Shown here one piece after another: positions 40,148 through 50,230 of a stretch of 64,000 bases of DNA. The DNA is from Rhina ancylostomus. Lineage: Eukaryota. The notes under the pieces are model-generated. The model was not told where the DNA came from and did no database searches. It saw only the letters and a list, made by a program, of their open reading frames with translations. The stretch covers positions 40,674,661-40,738,660 of the forward strand of contig JARFYF010000017.1 in assembly GCA_030265395.1 (NCBI GenBank). Reading direction: 5' to 3'. A program made the translations under genes and the position numbers. Each line of letters opens with the position of its first letter. The stretch's first letter is position 1.

Positions 40148-41524
40148 TGCTCTGGCATCAATCATCTTCTAAAGGCAATGCACTGATCAGTCAGTATCCA
40201 TTAATAGAAGGGACTAAGTTAGCCTGCATGGTGCAACACTGATTGCAAAATATGATATTATTTTTAACGTCAAATATCAGTCTAAAATTTCCCAGTTTGC
40301 TCACTTCTGTCCCTTAAAAGTGGCTCATCACCACCAACCTGGCATAACAGTGAGGTGTTGTACACCCCACACCCCGTCTTATGGGGTGAAGAGGCTGCAT
40401 TTGGGGTGGGGGTGGGTTGAGTGCAGTGGGCAGGACAGATTTTCAGTTTCGTGTCAGATTTGTTCAGAAGCACAGACTCGCACACACTAGAAAATAGTGA
40501 AATGATACATAACGAAACTTGACAGGGGGAAAGGAAAAATCATATAAGAGTCAGCCCCAACAAACAGCCTTACTGAAATCATATTAGCAAGCTGAAAGGA
40601 AAAGTTACGAGATCATCAAAATCTCCTTTTCAAAAACAAAATGCCCCACCTATTGCAATCTTCACAACAGAAAATGTGAAGAGGTGGCAGGGTGCTGGCA
40701 ACCCACTCCCATGCTGAATGTGGGAATTGAACTGAAAGCCCTTTACCCATTTCAGGTCTCCTGGCTTTTCCACCTGTTATGAAAGTGCTGATTCTCCCTG
40801 GTATACAATCACTGGCAGCCTTGTATTACCTCCAGCGGAGGGTTGGCTCGACTGTTTGGTTGCCTTTGACAGCGAAATCCTGTTTGACTCTGTGTCTGTT
40901 AGTGAACAGTGATCTGATGCAGGACTACTGGCTTATTTATCCCCTTAACAGCGCAGGAACACTGGGAGCCAATTATACCACCTCCTTTCCACCTTGGACT
41001 AAATCAGCTAATTCAGCAGAGAACCTGCAATCATGCAAAATAGCTGAAGCGAAGATTTAACCTGCTATGCTGGTCTGCTCGCCCTTTCTATTTGGGTCTG
41101 GGCCAATGAGTGGGGGTAGCAGCCACCAGTAGCATTATCCTGGTCAGGAACAGCCTGCTCTCAAATCACAAGGGCTGCAGCAGATAAACCAGAAGGTTTC
41201 AACCACAGTTCCCATGCCCTAATCCCATCCTGATTTGGCCCAGCCCACTTTGGAGGGCAACTCTTTTCTTTCCCTTTAACTACGGTGAAAGAAAACCCAA
41301 GTGTAATTCATTCCCAGTCCGTGGCACACAGTCTCCCAGGGACTGCTTTTAGTGTGGCAGCAACAACCAGTGAACCAGCACAGCAGGTTAACTATGTACA
41401 AACTAAGAGCATGAAAGGGACATCATCTGCTCTGGGTTTACCCCAGATTTACAGCACAGATACAGCCATTTTCTCCAAATGGTTGATGCCAATATTTAAG
41501 CTCCACATAGACCGATCCCTACGA

Positions 41525-42085
41525 CACAAGAAACAGGAGCAGGAGCTGTCCCAATCCCCCGTCATTCCCTTAATATTCAGAAATCCATCCGTTTGAATAA
41601 CTGCAATGGCTGAGACTTCTGGTGCAGAGAATCCCAAGCATTCACCACCCTCAGTGAAGACACCTCTTATTGTCCCAGCCCTAAACGGCCTACCCCTTAC
41701 TGCCTTGTTCCAGCCTCCTCAGCCAAGGGAAGCATCCCCCATGTATCCAGCCTGTCAAACCCTGCAAGGATTTTGTAAATGTCAATGGGATCTTCTCAGC
41801 TCTACAAAATACAAGCCTGGTCTACTCAATCTCTCTTCTTATGGAAAACCTGCCATCCCTTGAACCAGTCTTGAGGGTTTTTGCTGCATACCCTCTATAG
41901 CAAGTACATACTTTTCTTTTTAGGTCAGGTGACCAGACCTATAAACAACACTGCAGATGTGGTCTACCCTGTCCACACATCATCCTGCAGCTTTCTTCTG
42001 TCTCTAGCTTCCCTTTAAGTGCATCCAAAATATTCACCTCAACAGCTCTGTTCGACAGCAAGTTCCATATTCCAACCACCAGCGG
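41525..42085 (-). mobile_element. CR1 LINE fragments
   Basis: Reverse-oriented CR1 tail (AAGAAACAGGAGCAGGAG) and ORF2 remnants (VVGIWNLLSNRAVE, RPHLQCC). Confidence 0.7.
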
Positions 42086-43544
42086 GTTGCAACAGTAACA
42101 ACACTTCAAACAAAATAAAGTCCATTGGTTGCAAAGTGCTCTGTGACATGCCAAGATTGTGAGATACTATACAAGTGCAAGTTACTCAGAATCAGCTTTA
42201 CAACATGGGCAGCTGCTCAAATCTAGGGCGAGACATGCGATGAGTGCTGACAAACAATCATATTTAACTGAGAAGGGTTTGTAACCAATGATGTGATTAT
42301 TTAAGCGCATTGCATGTGTGGTATGAATGACATGCAAGCACACTACGGCTACTGTACATGCTCTGGCCACCGAGACCCCATCATTTATTTCCTGGTTTAT
42401 TTTTTCAGGAAATGCCACTCATCGGAATTCCAGAGGGACACATTCCGTTTGAGGCAGCTCTACCAGCCTCATTGACCATCACAGCACAGTTGGCTGCTTC
42501 AAGAGCTCTCAAGGCATAAGAGTTAACTGAACATGAAGAAATCAGGATAACATTGATGTTTAATTTTCCCTACACAGCAAGTCATACTACACTGGGTGTC
42601 ATTTATACGCAGCAGGAAGTGGAAGCAACCAAATCAAGGGGAGATTCCATAGTCGGAGACTGGGAATCTCTGTTGTGATTATGGTAGGTGAGGAATGGGG
42701 AAGGAAGAACGAAGCCAAGGGGCTACTTGTCCTCCCCACAGTGGCTTAGCTGAGATCAGGAAACAACCTGAAAACCTGAGAAGTTAAAGCTGCACTTTTG
42801 GGTCGATGCTATTCAGCATGCTGTGTGCTTAAACGTGTCCTTTTAAACTTGCAAAGAAAATAGGCTCAATAACGGGTTATCGACACTGAGAATGCCAATC
42901 TGCACACTTCTGTTTCACTCTTATCCAAGGCAACTAAACAGGTAATATACAACTACAGGTTGCATCAAGACAAACCAAAACTAAAATAGAGAAGAAGGGA
43001 AGTGACAAAGCTTTCAAAGACTTAAAAGATAATAATCCACTTGGAAAGGGGACAACAATATTCAGGTAGATAGTACATTTCGTCAGGATATCAATGTGTC
43101 ACTAAGGCCCTGGTTGCCTACTGTGCATTCCCTGGAATAATTCCCGATCGCACCAAAGTTAGATGACTAGAATAAAAAATAACAACACTGAAAAAAGATA
43201 TTCAGCTGTTTTTGACAAATAGGATTGAAAATCTATCTGATCAGCGGCTCGTTTGTTTGCTGGAGGTGGGCAGAGGTGGGAAGCATTTATGTGCAACTAT
43301 AAAATGATGATGATCACAAGGAAGTAGTTCCGAAAAGTAATTGCACTGTAAAATACCTGTGCATTTTAAAGAGAAAGCCACAAAAGACTTCCTGCTTTTT
43401 GTAAATCAGGCCTCACCACAATCAGTCCAGCTTGTTTAGTACACAAATATCCCTTGATTTAGAAATTATACTGTGAAATGGAACTTCTGAATTCTAGCAG
43501 TCCCTGCAAATAAGGGACAAGGTTGCTGAATATGGAGCCGTTTC

Positions 43545-44060
43545 TGGTCACCTTGCACAACAGAAATATCCATGGCTTAAATTAGTAATATATCCCAATG
43601 CACTTGACAGGAGAATAATCAGACAAAAAAAAATGGCACCAAGCCAAGAAGACAACATCAGGGCAGGTGAGCAGAAGCACTGTCAAGGAGATGGCTATCA
43701 AGGGACATCTTAGAGTAGGAGAGAGGCAGACAGGCAAATGAACGGAACTTCAGAGCTTAGAGCCCAGACTGCTTAGGACACAGCTACCAAGGGTGGGATG
43801 AAAGCAAAGCAAACACACAGTGCTTAACGTGGAGAAATGCAAATCTCAGGAGGGTCATAGCCATTACAGAGACGGTGAGAGACGCAGCCCAGGAGGGATT
43901 TGAATACAAGTGCAGGAACTTTAGGTCTGAATGGGAGACAGTACTGCTCAGTGAGCACCGGAGCGATGAACGAATGTGACCAGGTGAGAGTTAGGGTGCA
44001 GGCAGCAGGGTTTTGGGTGGCTTGTAGGTAATGTTTGTACTATTAACGATTGGAGCTAAT
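43545..44060 (-). mobile_element. L2 LINE 3' portion
   Basis: GGAGAGAGGC...GGAACTTCAGAGCTTAGAGCCCAGAC...GGAGGGATTTGAATACAAG...GGTGCAGGCAGCAGGGTTTTGG, typical reverse L2 pattern. Confidence 0.7.
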
Positions 44061-46486
44061 AACTGGAAGGAAAAAATACACTGATTCCAATGCACTGTCC
44101 AGCTACGGCAAGAAGCAACGTAAAATTCAACACCACCTGTTCCCACAGAGACCCTCGTTCTTTGACGAGAAGGTTTCCTTAATTTGTCTTCGGGTGGCAG
44201 CATTATCGGATTGCTCTAATATGGGCCTCTATTAAACTCACTCGTCATTTGCCCTGCTGCTGAATCAGCTCAATGATAAATGCCTGAGAGACCTGTAGCA
44301 GGTAATGTTCACACATTTTAATGTAATCTCTTCTGACAGGATGCCAAAATAAATGAGCTTTAAGCCTGATCACATACTCATTTAAAAGTTAATGACCTGT
44401 CAATCTTACAAATTTCTATATGTAAACAGCTGTTTTCACAGTGTGTGTAATACTTTACTTCACTACTATTCTGTAGTATTATTACTGGTCAGGCAAACTG
44501 GAAACACAATAGGATCANNNNNNNNNNACAACTGTAGTACTTTTCCTGAATCTGTGGGTGGGAGCAAAGCCTTCCTATCTGACATCCTGCTTCCATTCAA
44601 CATCTGAATGGTCTAGAAGCCATATGCAGTTTATCAAAAACTTAACCATGTTTTATTTCTGAATTATTTATAACAATATACTTGGAAAAACTGTGTTTAA
44701 AATGACTGAATTTTCCCCAGAATAACTCATCTGGCCATAGGTATTTACACAATTCAGCCCACAGAAACACGGGGGCATGTAGACATTTCAATGCTCGTTT
44801 GCATTTTGTTTTGGTCCATTTTCTGAGATGTTCAAGTTCCCTNNNNNNNNNNNNNNNNNNNNNNNNNNNNNNNNNNNNNNNNNNNNNNNNNNNNNNNNNN
44901 NNNNNNNNNNNNNNNNNNNNNNNNNNNNNNNNNNNNNNNNNNCTTCTTCTGGCACCAAGTAGCACTATTCCCAGTGACAGTATATAAAAATGGTCGGTTC
45001 CGCATTTTTGAATGTGTCTCAGTCCCAACTTCAAACTTACCCCAAAATGGACCAGCCACACTCAAAATTGCTCACCCTATAAATCTACAGCGTTTCTGCA
45101 AGAATGTTGCAAGTTAGTGTTGAGGCAGGAGGAGTGTTGCACCTCTTGACTATATTAAAATGAACACATGGACAGCACTGCTGCACATTAAATGAAAATT
45201 GTAATCCCTGGCTGTGCAGAGTCACTCCACGTAGTTTGTCTTTGAATTAGCACACAAGTTGTTTCACTCGTGCTATGCAACAATTACGCTGATATTAAAT
45301 AATATGTAAATGGCATCTTCAGAGTCCAAGTGGGAAAAGCCGAGTCAGAAGATTATCCCATTATGTAGAGCACTGTGGTTTAACTAATCCATTACTGTGA
45401 ATGCATTAGGATGCATAAAGAAATTCACCCCACTTCACTCCTCTGGTCAGCCCCGTACTGTAATGAGAATTTTACGCGAACATTGCCTACCTGGAGAGAG
45501 AGCCCAAATGGAAGGCTTTTCTATACTCCACCCCCCCCCCCCCAAAGCATGGGCACAATGGACTTCCGTCTACAATAAATTTCAGTAAATGGCTGCTAAC
45601 AGGCATCAACAGAAATCCCAAAGGCCATCATTAAATGTGTTTACATTTCAGGGGAAGGCAAGGACAAAAAAAAGCAAAGATTAAGCATGCACAATCCCCC
45701 GTCATTTAACCCTAGAGTGGAACTCACACACAGAGCACAGCTGGTTGTGCAGATATTTCACCGGGCTTGTTATCAAATGTGCTCATCGTAACCGGAGCAG
45801 CTGCCAAACATGCTCCAGCAGTTAAGGGATTTGGAGAAAAGTAGGTGTTATATTGGCGGGAAGAGTGACTGAACCCTAATGTTACCTTCCTGTCAGCGCT
45901 CTCAAGTGTCAGTAAATGAAGCTTGGCAAACACGTTTTAAGATGATGTCCTTTTAAATATGACGAAGGGGGGGGGGCGATACGTTTAGTTGTAAAAATAA
46001 AGAATTGAATCAAACGTGGATCAGAAGACACAACATTCCTTCAGTTTCCCCTCAAGGTCAACAGACCCACGGAATCATCTTTAAGTTCCAAACTACACTA
46101 ACAAGCCGTTGACTGGTTAAATTTGATTCACATTAAAAAAAAGCTTTGCATTCATATTTTCAGATTGCCGTGCGTCCCATTTCCCCGCCGCCAATGGAAT
46201 GCTGCTTAAGAATTCATCGGGCCAATCGGGACGCTGGCATTCAGTTCTATCTGCTGTACCTCCTGTACATCTAGATGAGCAGTTACTGTGGGCAATCGAT
46301 TACCAAGCACGCTGTGCACGCCGCTTTGCACCACGGAAACACGGCGGGCAGCTCCCCCGCGTCTGAACAAACTTCTACTTTGACTTTTGTTTGAAACGTT
46401 CCCACAATAAAGGGCCCGTTCTAGCCTCTCTAGTTGGAGAGTTGGTGGAAAGGTGGAAGGAGCTCCGTCCGAGCCGTTTTACTCAC

Positions 46487-47075
46487 CCACCGCAGGTGCA
46501 TCGTATTCATCGCCCAGTAAGATCTCGGGCGCCGAGTAAGCCAGCGAGCCGCAGCTGGTGGTCAACATCTTGCCGGGTTGGAAACGGTTGCTGAACCCGA
46601 AGTCGGTCAGCTTGACGACCCCTTGCTCTTTGAAAAAGACCACGTTCTCTGGCTTCAGGTCGCGGTGCACCACATGCAACTTGTGGCAGTACGAGATGGC
46701 GTGCACGATCTGGGCGAAGTAGATCTTGGCTTGCTCCTCCGAGAGCCCCCTGTCGTGGTTCATGATGTAATCGAACATGTCTCCGCCGTCCCCCAGCTCC
46801 AGGATCAGGTACAGCTTGGTCTGGGTGTCGATCACCTCGTACAGCCTCACCACGTTGGGGTGTTGGACCAACTTCATGCACCGGACCTCCTGCAGCAGAT
46901 GGCCCGTGGCAGACTTGTCCAATTTGGTCTTGTCGATGACTTTGACGGCAACTTTCTCCCCGGTGAAGACGTGCCGGGCTAACCTGACCACGGCGTAGTG
47001 GCCCTTGCCCAGGGTCTTGTCCAGATCGTACAGCCCGGCGATCTTCCCGTCGCAGCATTGCCTTGGTCCTGCCAT
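46487..47075 (-). CDS. SNRK: First coding exon of an SNF-related serine/threonine kinase (SNRK or SNRK-like paralog), kinase subdomains I-VIII
   Basis: ATG at 47075 (ACAATGG). Translation [73 protein letters not shown] closely matches recalled SNRK. 589 coding nt end in phase 1 at G|gtgagt. Best acceptor is gtttctgccccggcag| (exon start 47152). Confidence 0.95.
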
Positions 47076-47190
47076 TGTCGGATGTGGTCCGCTCTCCCGC
47101 CGCACAGGCACGTCCCCCGCAGGTGGCTTCAACGGGCAGCGGGCTCCGGGACCTGCCGGGGCAGAAACGGCACCTCGGTCACCCTGCCCC

Positions 47191-47191
<1 letters not shown>

Positions 47192-47228
<37 letters not shown>
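47192..47228. repeat. (CA)n microsatellite, reading (TG)n on the transcribed strand
   Basis: Perfect CA run just upstream of the kinase exon acceptor. Confidence 0.95.
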
Positions 47229-47232
<4 letters not shown>

Positions 47233-47627
47233 AACACGGAACGAAACGCGAGCCACTGCGGACCTCGACCACCGCCAGGGAGAGTCAGGAGCGACCGGTG
47301 CATTGTTTGTCTCTTCCCCCCCCCCCCCAGATGCTGCCTGACCCGCTGAGTGTCTCCAGCATTGTCTACTTTTAAAATCCATAATAAAACTGTTTTNNNN
47401 NNNNNNNNNNNNNNNNNNNNNNNNNNNNNNNNNNNNNNNNNNNNNNNNNNNNNNNNNNNNNNNNNNNNNNNNNNNNNNNNNNNNNNNNNNNNNNNNNNNN
47501 NNNNNNNCAACCCCCCAATAAAGAAATAAATAACTTTATTAGTGCATGCATTTCAGAAATTGGAGCAGGATTGTGGGTCTCATTTAATGCGTTGGTGGCG
47601 ACCGAAAGAGGCAACAGACGGACTCAC

Positions 47628-47900
47628 CGCTGTCGTCTGCTGCAACTTTAAGCAAGGGCTGGGGGGTGTTAAAATAGCAACGGGTTGGGAAGAGCATCCG
47701 TGCGCCTGAAAGTGAAGCCCCAACTTACCTGCAGTGCGGTGTCCGGGACCTGCGTCTGTGTAGTGCCTCTCCCCCAGCAGCGAGCGGGCTCTACCTGCGG
47801 AAACATTCGCCAGGCAGCTGCAAGGCGGAGAGCTTCAGCCCGACCTCCCCCGAGCCATGACTGGATTGTTCAAACTGCACAACTCCGGCAGTGGCTCCGA
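47628..47900 (-). other. Probable non-coding first exon(s) of the SNRK-like gene; start site undefined
   Basis: Consensus donors CAG|GTAAGT (exon end 47729) and GCG|GTGAGT (exon end 47628) within the CpG island upstream of the coding exon. Confidence 0.55.
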
Positions 47901-47970
47901 TCCGGATCACTCTCCGCAGAGCTCGCTCTTGCTGCTTTGCGGAAATCCGAGCTCACATCTGCGTCTCCCT

Positions 47971-47982
47971 ATTGACGTCAAT
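47971..47982. promoter_or_regulatory. Full cAMP-response element (CRE) palindrome
   Basis: ATTGACGTCAAT, a 12-bp palindrome containing TGACGTCA (47973-47980), in the likely proximal promoter. Confidence 0.7.
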
Positions 47983-48321
47983 GATACTGACCACTAGCGT
48001 CGGAGCAGCTTGCGAGCAGCCCCGCCGAGCCCGGCAGAGGGCTGAGCGTTACTGCAAGGGCACAGCGCTCTCCCGCTCGGCGCTAACCTGCCGCACATCT
48101 AGGCCGCTGTGACACAAGCCATCTCCCCGGCTGGCAATCCAGCACCAACCGCCTCTACATCAGCCTTGTAGTGCAGAGGTGTACGTCGGTCCAAACTCTG
48201 CTCCCGTGCAAGCTCCCACCCGGGCTAGACACCCCAACCCATTCCCGAGGTCTGGGGAAGGATCTAACTGGATCCCTGTCACGGGCATTATGGGCCGAAT
48301 GGCCACCTCCTGGCCTGTCAT

Positions 48322-48518
48322 CCAGTCACACAGCACGGAAGCAGGCCCTTCGGCCCAACTGGTCCATGCCGACCAAGATTCCCACCTCGGCTTGTCCTAC
48401 TTGCCTGCGTTTGGCCCACATCCCTCCAAACCTTTCCTTATCCACGTACCTGTCCAAGGGGCTGTTAAATGTTGTTACTGTACCCGTCTCAACCACTTCC
48501 TCTGGCAGCTCTTTCAAC
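48322..48518 (-). mobile_element. Relatively young CR1 3' end
   Basis: Reverse strand ELPEEVVE.GT.TTF...LDRY and tail TTGGGCCGAAGGGCCTGCTTCCGTGCTGTGTGACT. Confidence 0.9.
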
Positions 48519-48659
48519 AGAAGTATCAGATGGCAATCTCCAACAAGAGAGAGTCTAAACTCCTCCTATTCAGTTACCAATGCCCCGTCCCCAACCATCA
48601 AAATCTGCCGAGTGCCATTGACTCCAAACACAGTGGGAGTAGTCACATAAATACTGAGT

Positions 48660-48868
48660 GAAAATAAAACTGCAATTGCTGCAAAGCTAGAATAAGAACA
48701 GAAAATACTCAAGCACTAAGTAGGTCAGGCAGCAACTGTGGAGAGAGAAAGTTTATAACAGGGTTAATGTTTCAAGTTGGAGATCCTTTGACATAAAAGG
48801 ATCTTTGACCTGAAATAATAACTCGTTTCTCTTCCACAGATGCTGCCTGACCTGCTGAGTGTTTCCAC
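48660..48868. mobile_element. Fold-back Penelope-type element
   Basis: AGGTCAGGCAGCA.CTGTGGA pairs with TCCACAGATGCTGCCTGACCT; central AGATCCTTT/AAAGGATCT stem with a 6-nt loop. Confidence 0.75.
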
Positions 48869-48919
48869 ATGAATAGTGTTTACATAAATAGAGTGCCTAC
48901 AAGAAAACTGCAAGCAAGT

Positions 48920-49190
48920 AACTCAACTCCTGACACCCCAAGGCCTTTCCACCATTCACAAGGCACAAGTCAGGTGTGCGATGGGATACTCTCCACCTGT
49001 CCAGATGGGTGAGTGCCAGGATGGTTGGTACCATCCTATATAACTGATTGGCACATTAAACTTTCCATCCCTCCATCTCCAGAAATCACAGAGTGACTGC
49101 AGTGTGTGCCTATTGCTAATACAAACTGTACTCCAGTTACTCACCTAGGCTGCTCCAACAACACCTCTCAAACCAGCAACCTCTGCACTA
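48920..49190 (+). mobile_element. Non-LTR retrotransposon ORF2 C-terminal fragment (CR1/L2 superfamily)
   Basis: LLTPQGLSTIHKAQVRCAMGYSP resembles the L.T.YKAQVR..MEY.P motif; related pieces at ~10240-10360 and ~27950-28140. Confidence 0.6.
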
Positions 49191-49198
49191 AGAACATT

Positions 49199-49437
49199 GT
49201 ACGGATGAGGGGTCTTGACTCGAAACGTTGACTGTCCATTTCTCTCCACAGATACTGCCTGACCCGCTGAGTTCCTCCAGCACTTCACTTTTTACTCCAG
49301 ATTCCAGCATCTGCAGTCTCTTGTGTCTCCAAGAACATTAACTGTTTCCCTCTCCACAGATGCTGCTCGACCTGCTGTGTTGCCAACATTTTCTGTTTTT
49401 ATTAGATTCACTGCCTCTGCAGATTTTTGCTTTGCAA
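49199..49437 (+). mobile_element. Two adjacent Penelope-type arms, the first flanked by a 9-bp direct repeat
   Basis: CGGATGA-GGGGTC-TT-GACTC-GAAACGTT-GACTG at 49202-49234; AAGAACATT at 49190-49198 and 49331-49339. Confidence 0.75.
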
Positions 49438-50063
49438 TTAAGCCAAAAAACTTGTTTATTCCTTAAATCATTTTTACAGAGCTTTTAAAAGTAAAATTCA
49501 ATGGGATAAATACTACCCCATCTCATTGGAAGCTTTAGTCAGAGGTCTCCAGTAACATGAAGAGGGTTCCATCTATTTCCTTGGAACATCACAGCAGGCA
49601 CTTTACACTAAAACCTCAGAATGCAAATGGGGCTGTATTAACTGATAAGGAATAATCCATTGGTTAATGAACCTTTGATGTCTCCACTGGGTGGGTGGTT
49701 CAGCTAAAGACGCAGTGGGGAGAGGAAATTCCTGGAAATGGCATATTGTGACAGATCCGTCAGAGTGAATTTTAACTTCACATTAAATGTTTTGGCAGTT
49801 GGCACATGTTCTTCACAACTCACACTCCATCCGGTAAGGTGGAAAACAAAATGAAGATGTAATTTTCTTCCTGGAGACTTTGTAAAGACTTATTTTTATT
49901 TGCAAATGTTAGACCTAATCAGTATCATAGTTAATTAAACACAAATCGTGATAATTCCTCCTGATTTGTGAACAGTTGAAGGAAAATTTTCTCTCTTTAC
50001 ACCACTATAAACATGCAAACACACCAGGATGTGCCTGACAAGTGGACGGGTTACTGCCTGATA

Positions 50064-50065
<2 letters not shown>

Positions 50066-50105
<40 letters not shown>

Positions 50106-50230
50106 CATGCCTGCCTACTTATGTGCATGTATACACATCTGTGTGTCCATGTACATGCATGTATATGTGCATGTGTATATGTGCATGCACACATGCATGC
50201 ATATGTTTGTGTATACAAAAATATATTATA
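50066..50230. repeat. (TG)n microsatellite followed by a degenerate alternating purine-pyrimidine tract
   Basis: Perfect TG run to ~50104, then mixed TG/CA/TA alternation. Confidence 0.9.

Larger units (their letters stand above)
46140..48310. promoter_or_regulatory. CpG island covering the promoter and 5' exons of the SNRK-like gene
   Basis: Sharp visible rise in GC content and CpG frequency relative to the CpG-poor flanks. Confidence 0.85.

Noticed and set aside
42409-42517. Plus-strand acceptor followed by EMPLIGIPEGHIPFEAALPASLTITAQL, vaguely like a SorCS exon
   Set aside because: Opposite strand to the SorCS exon, weak similarity, no canonical GT donor and an in-frame stop.
46391-47375. 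Overlapping plus-strand and alternative-frame ORFs over the kinase exon
   Set aside because: Expected shadows of GC-rich coding sequence; no recognisable protein.
47076-47510. N-terminal part of the 343-aa ORF (46479-47510)
   Set aside because: It reads through an N gap, a repeat arm and a (TG)n tract; kinase homology begins at the ATG at 47075.
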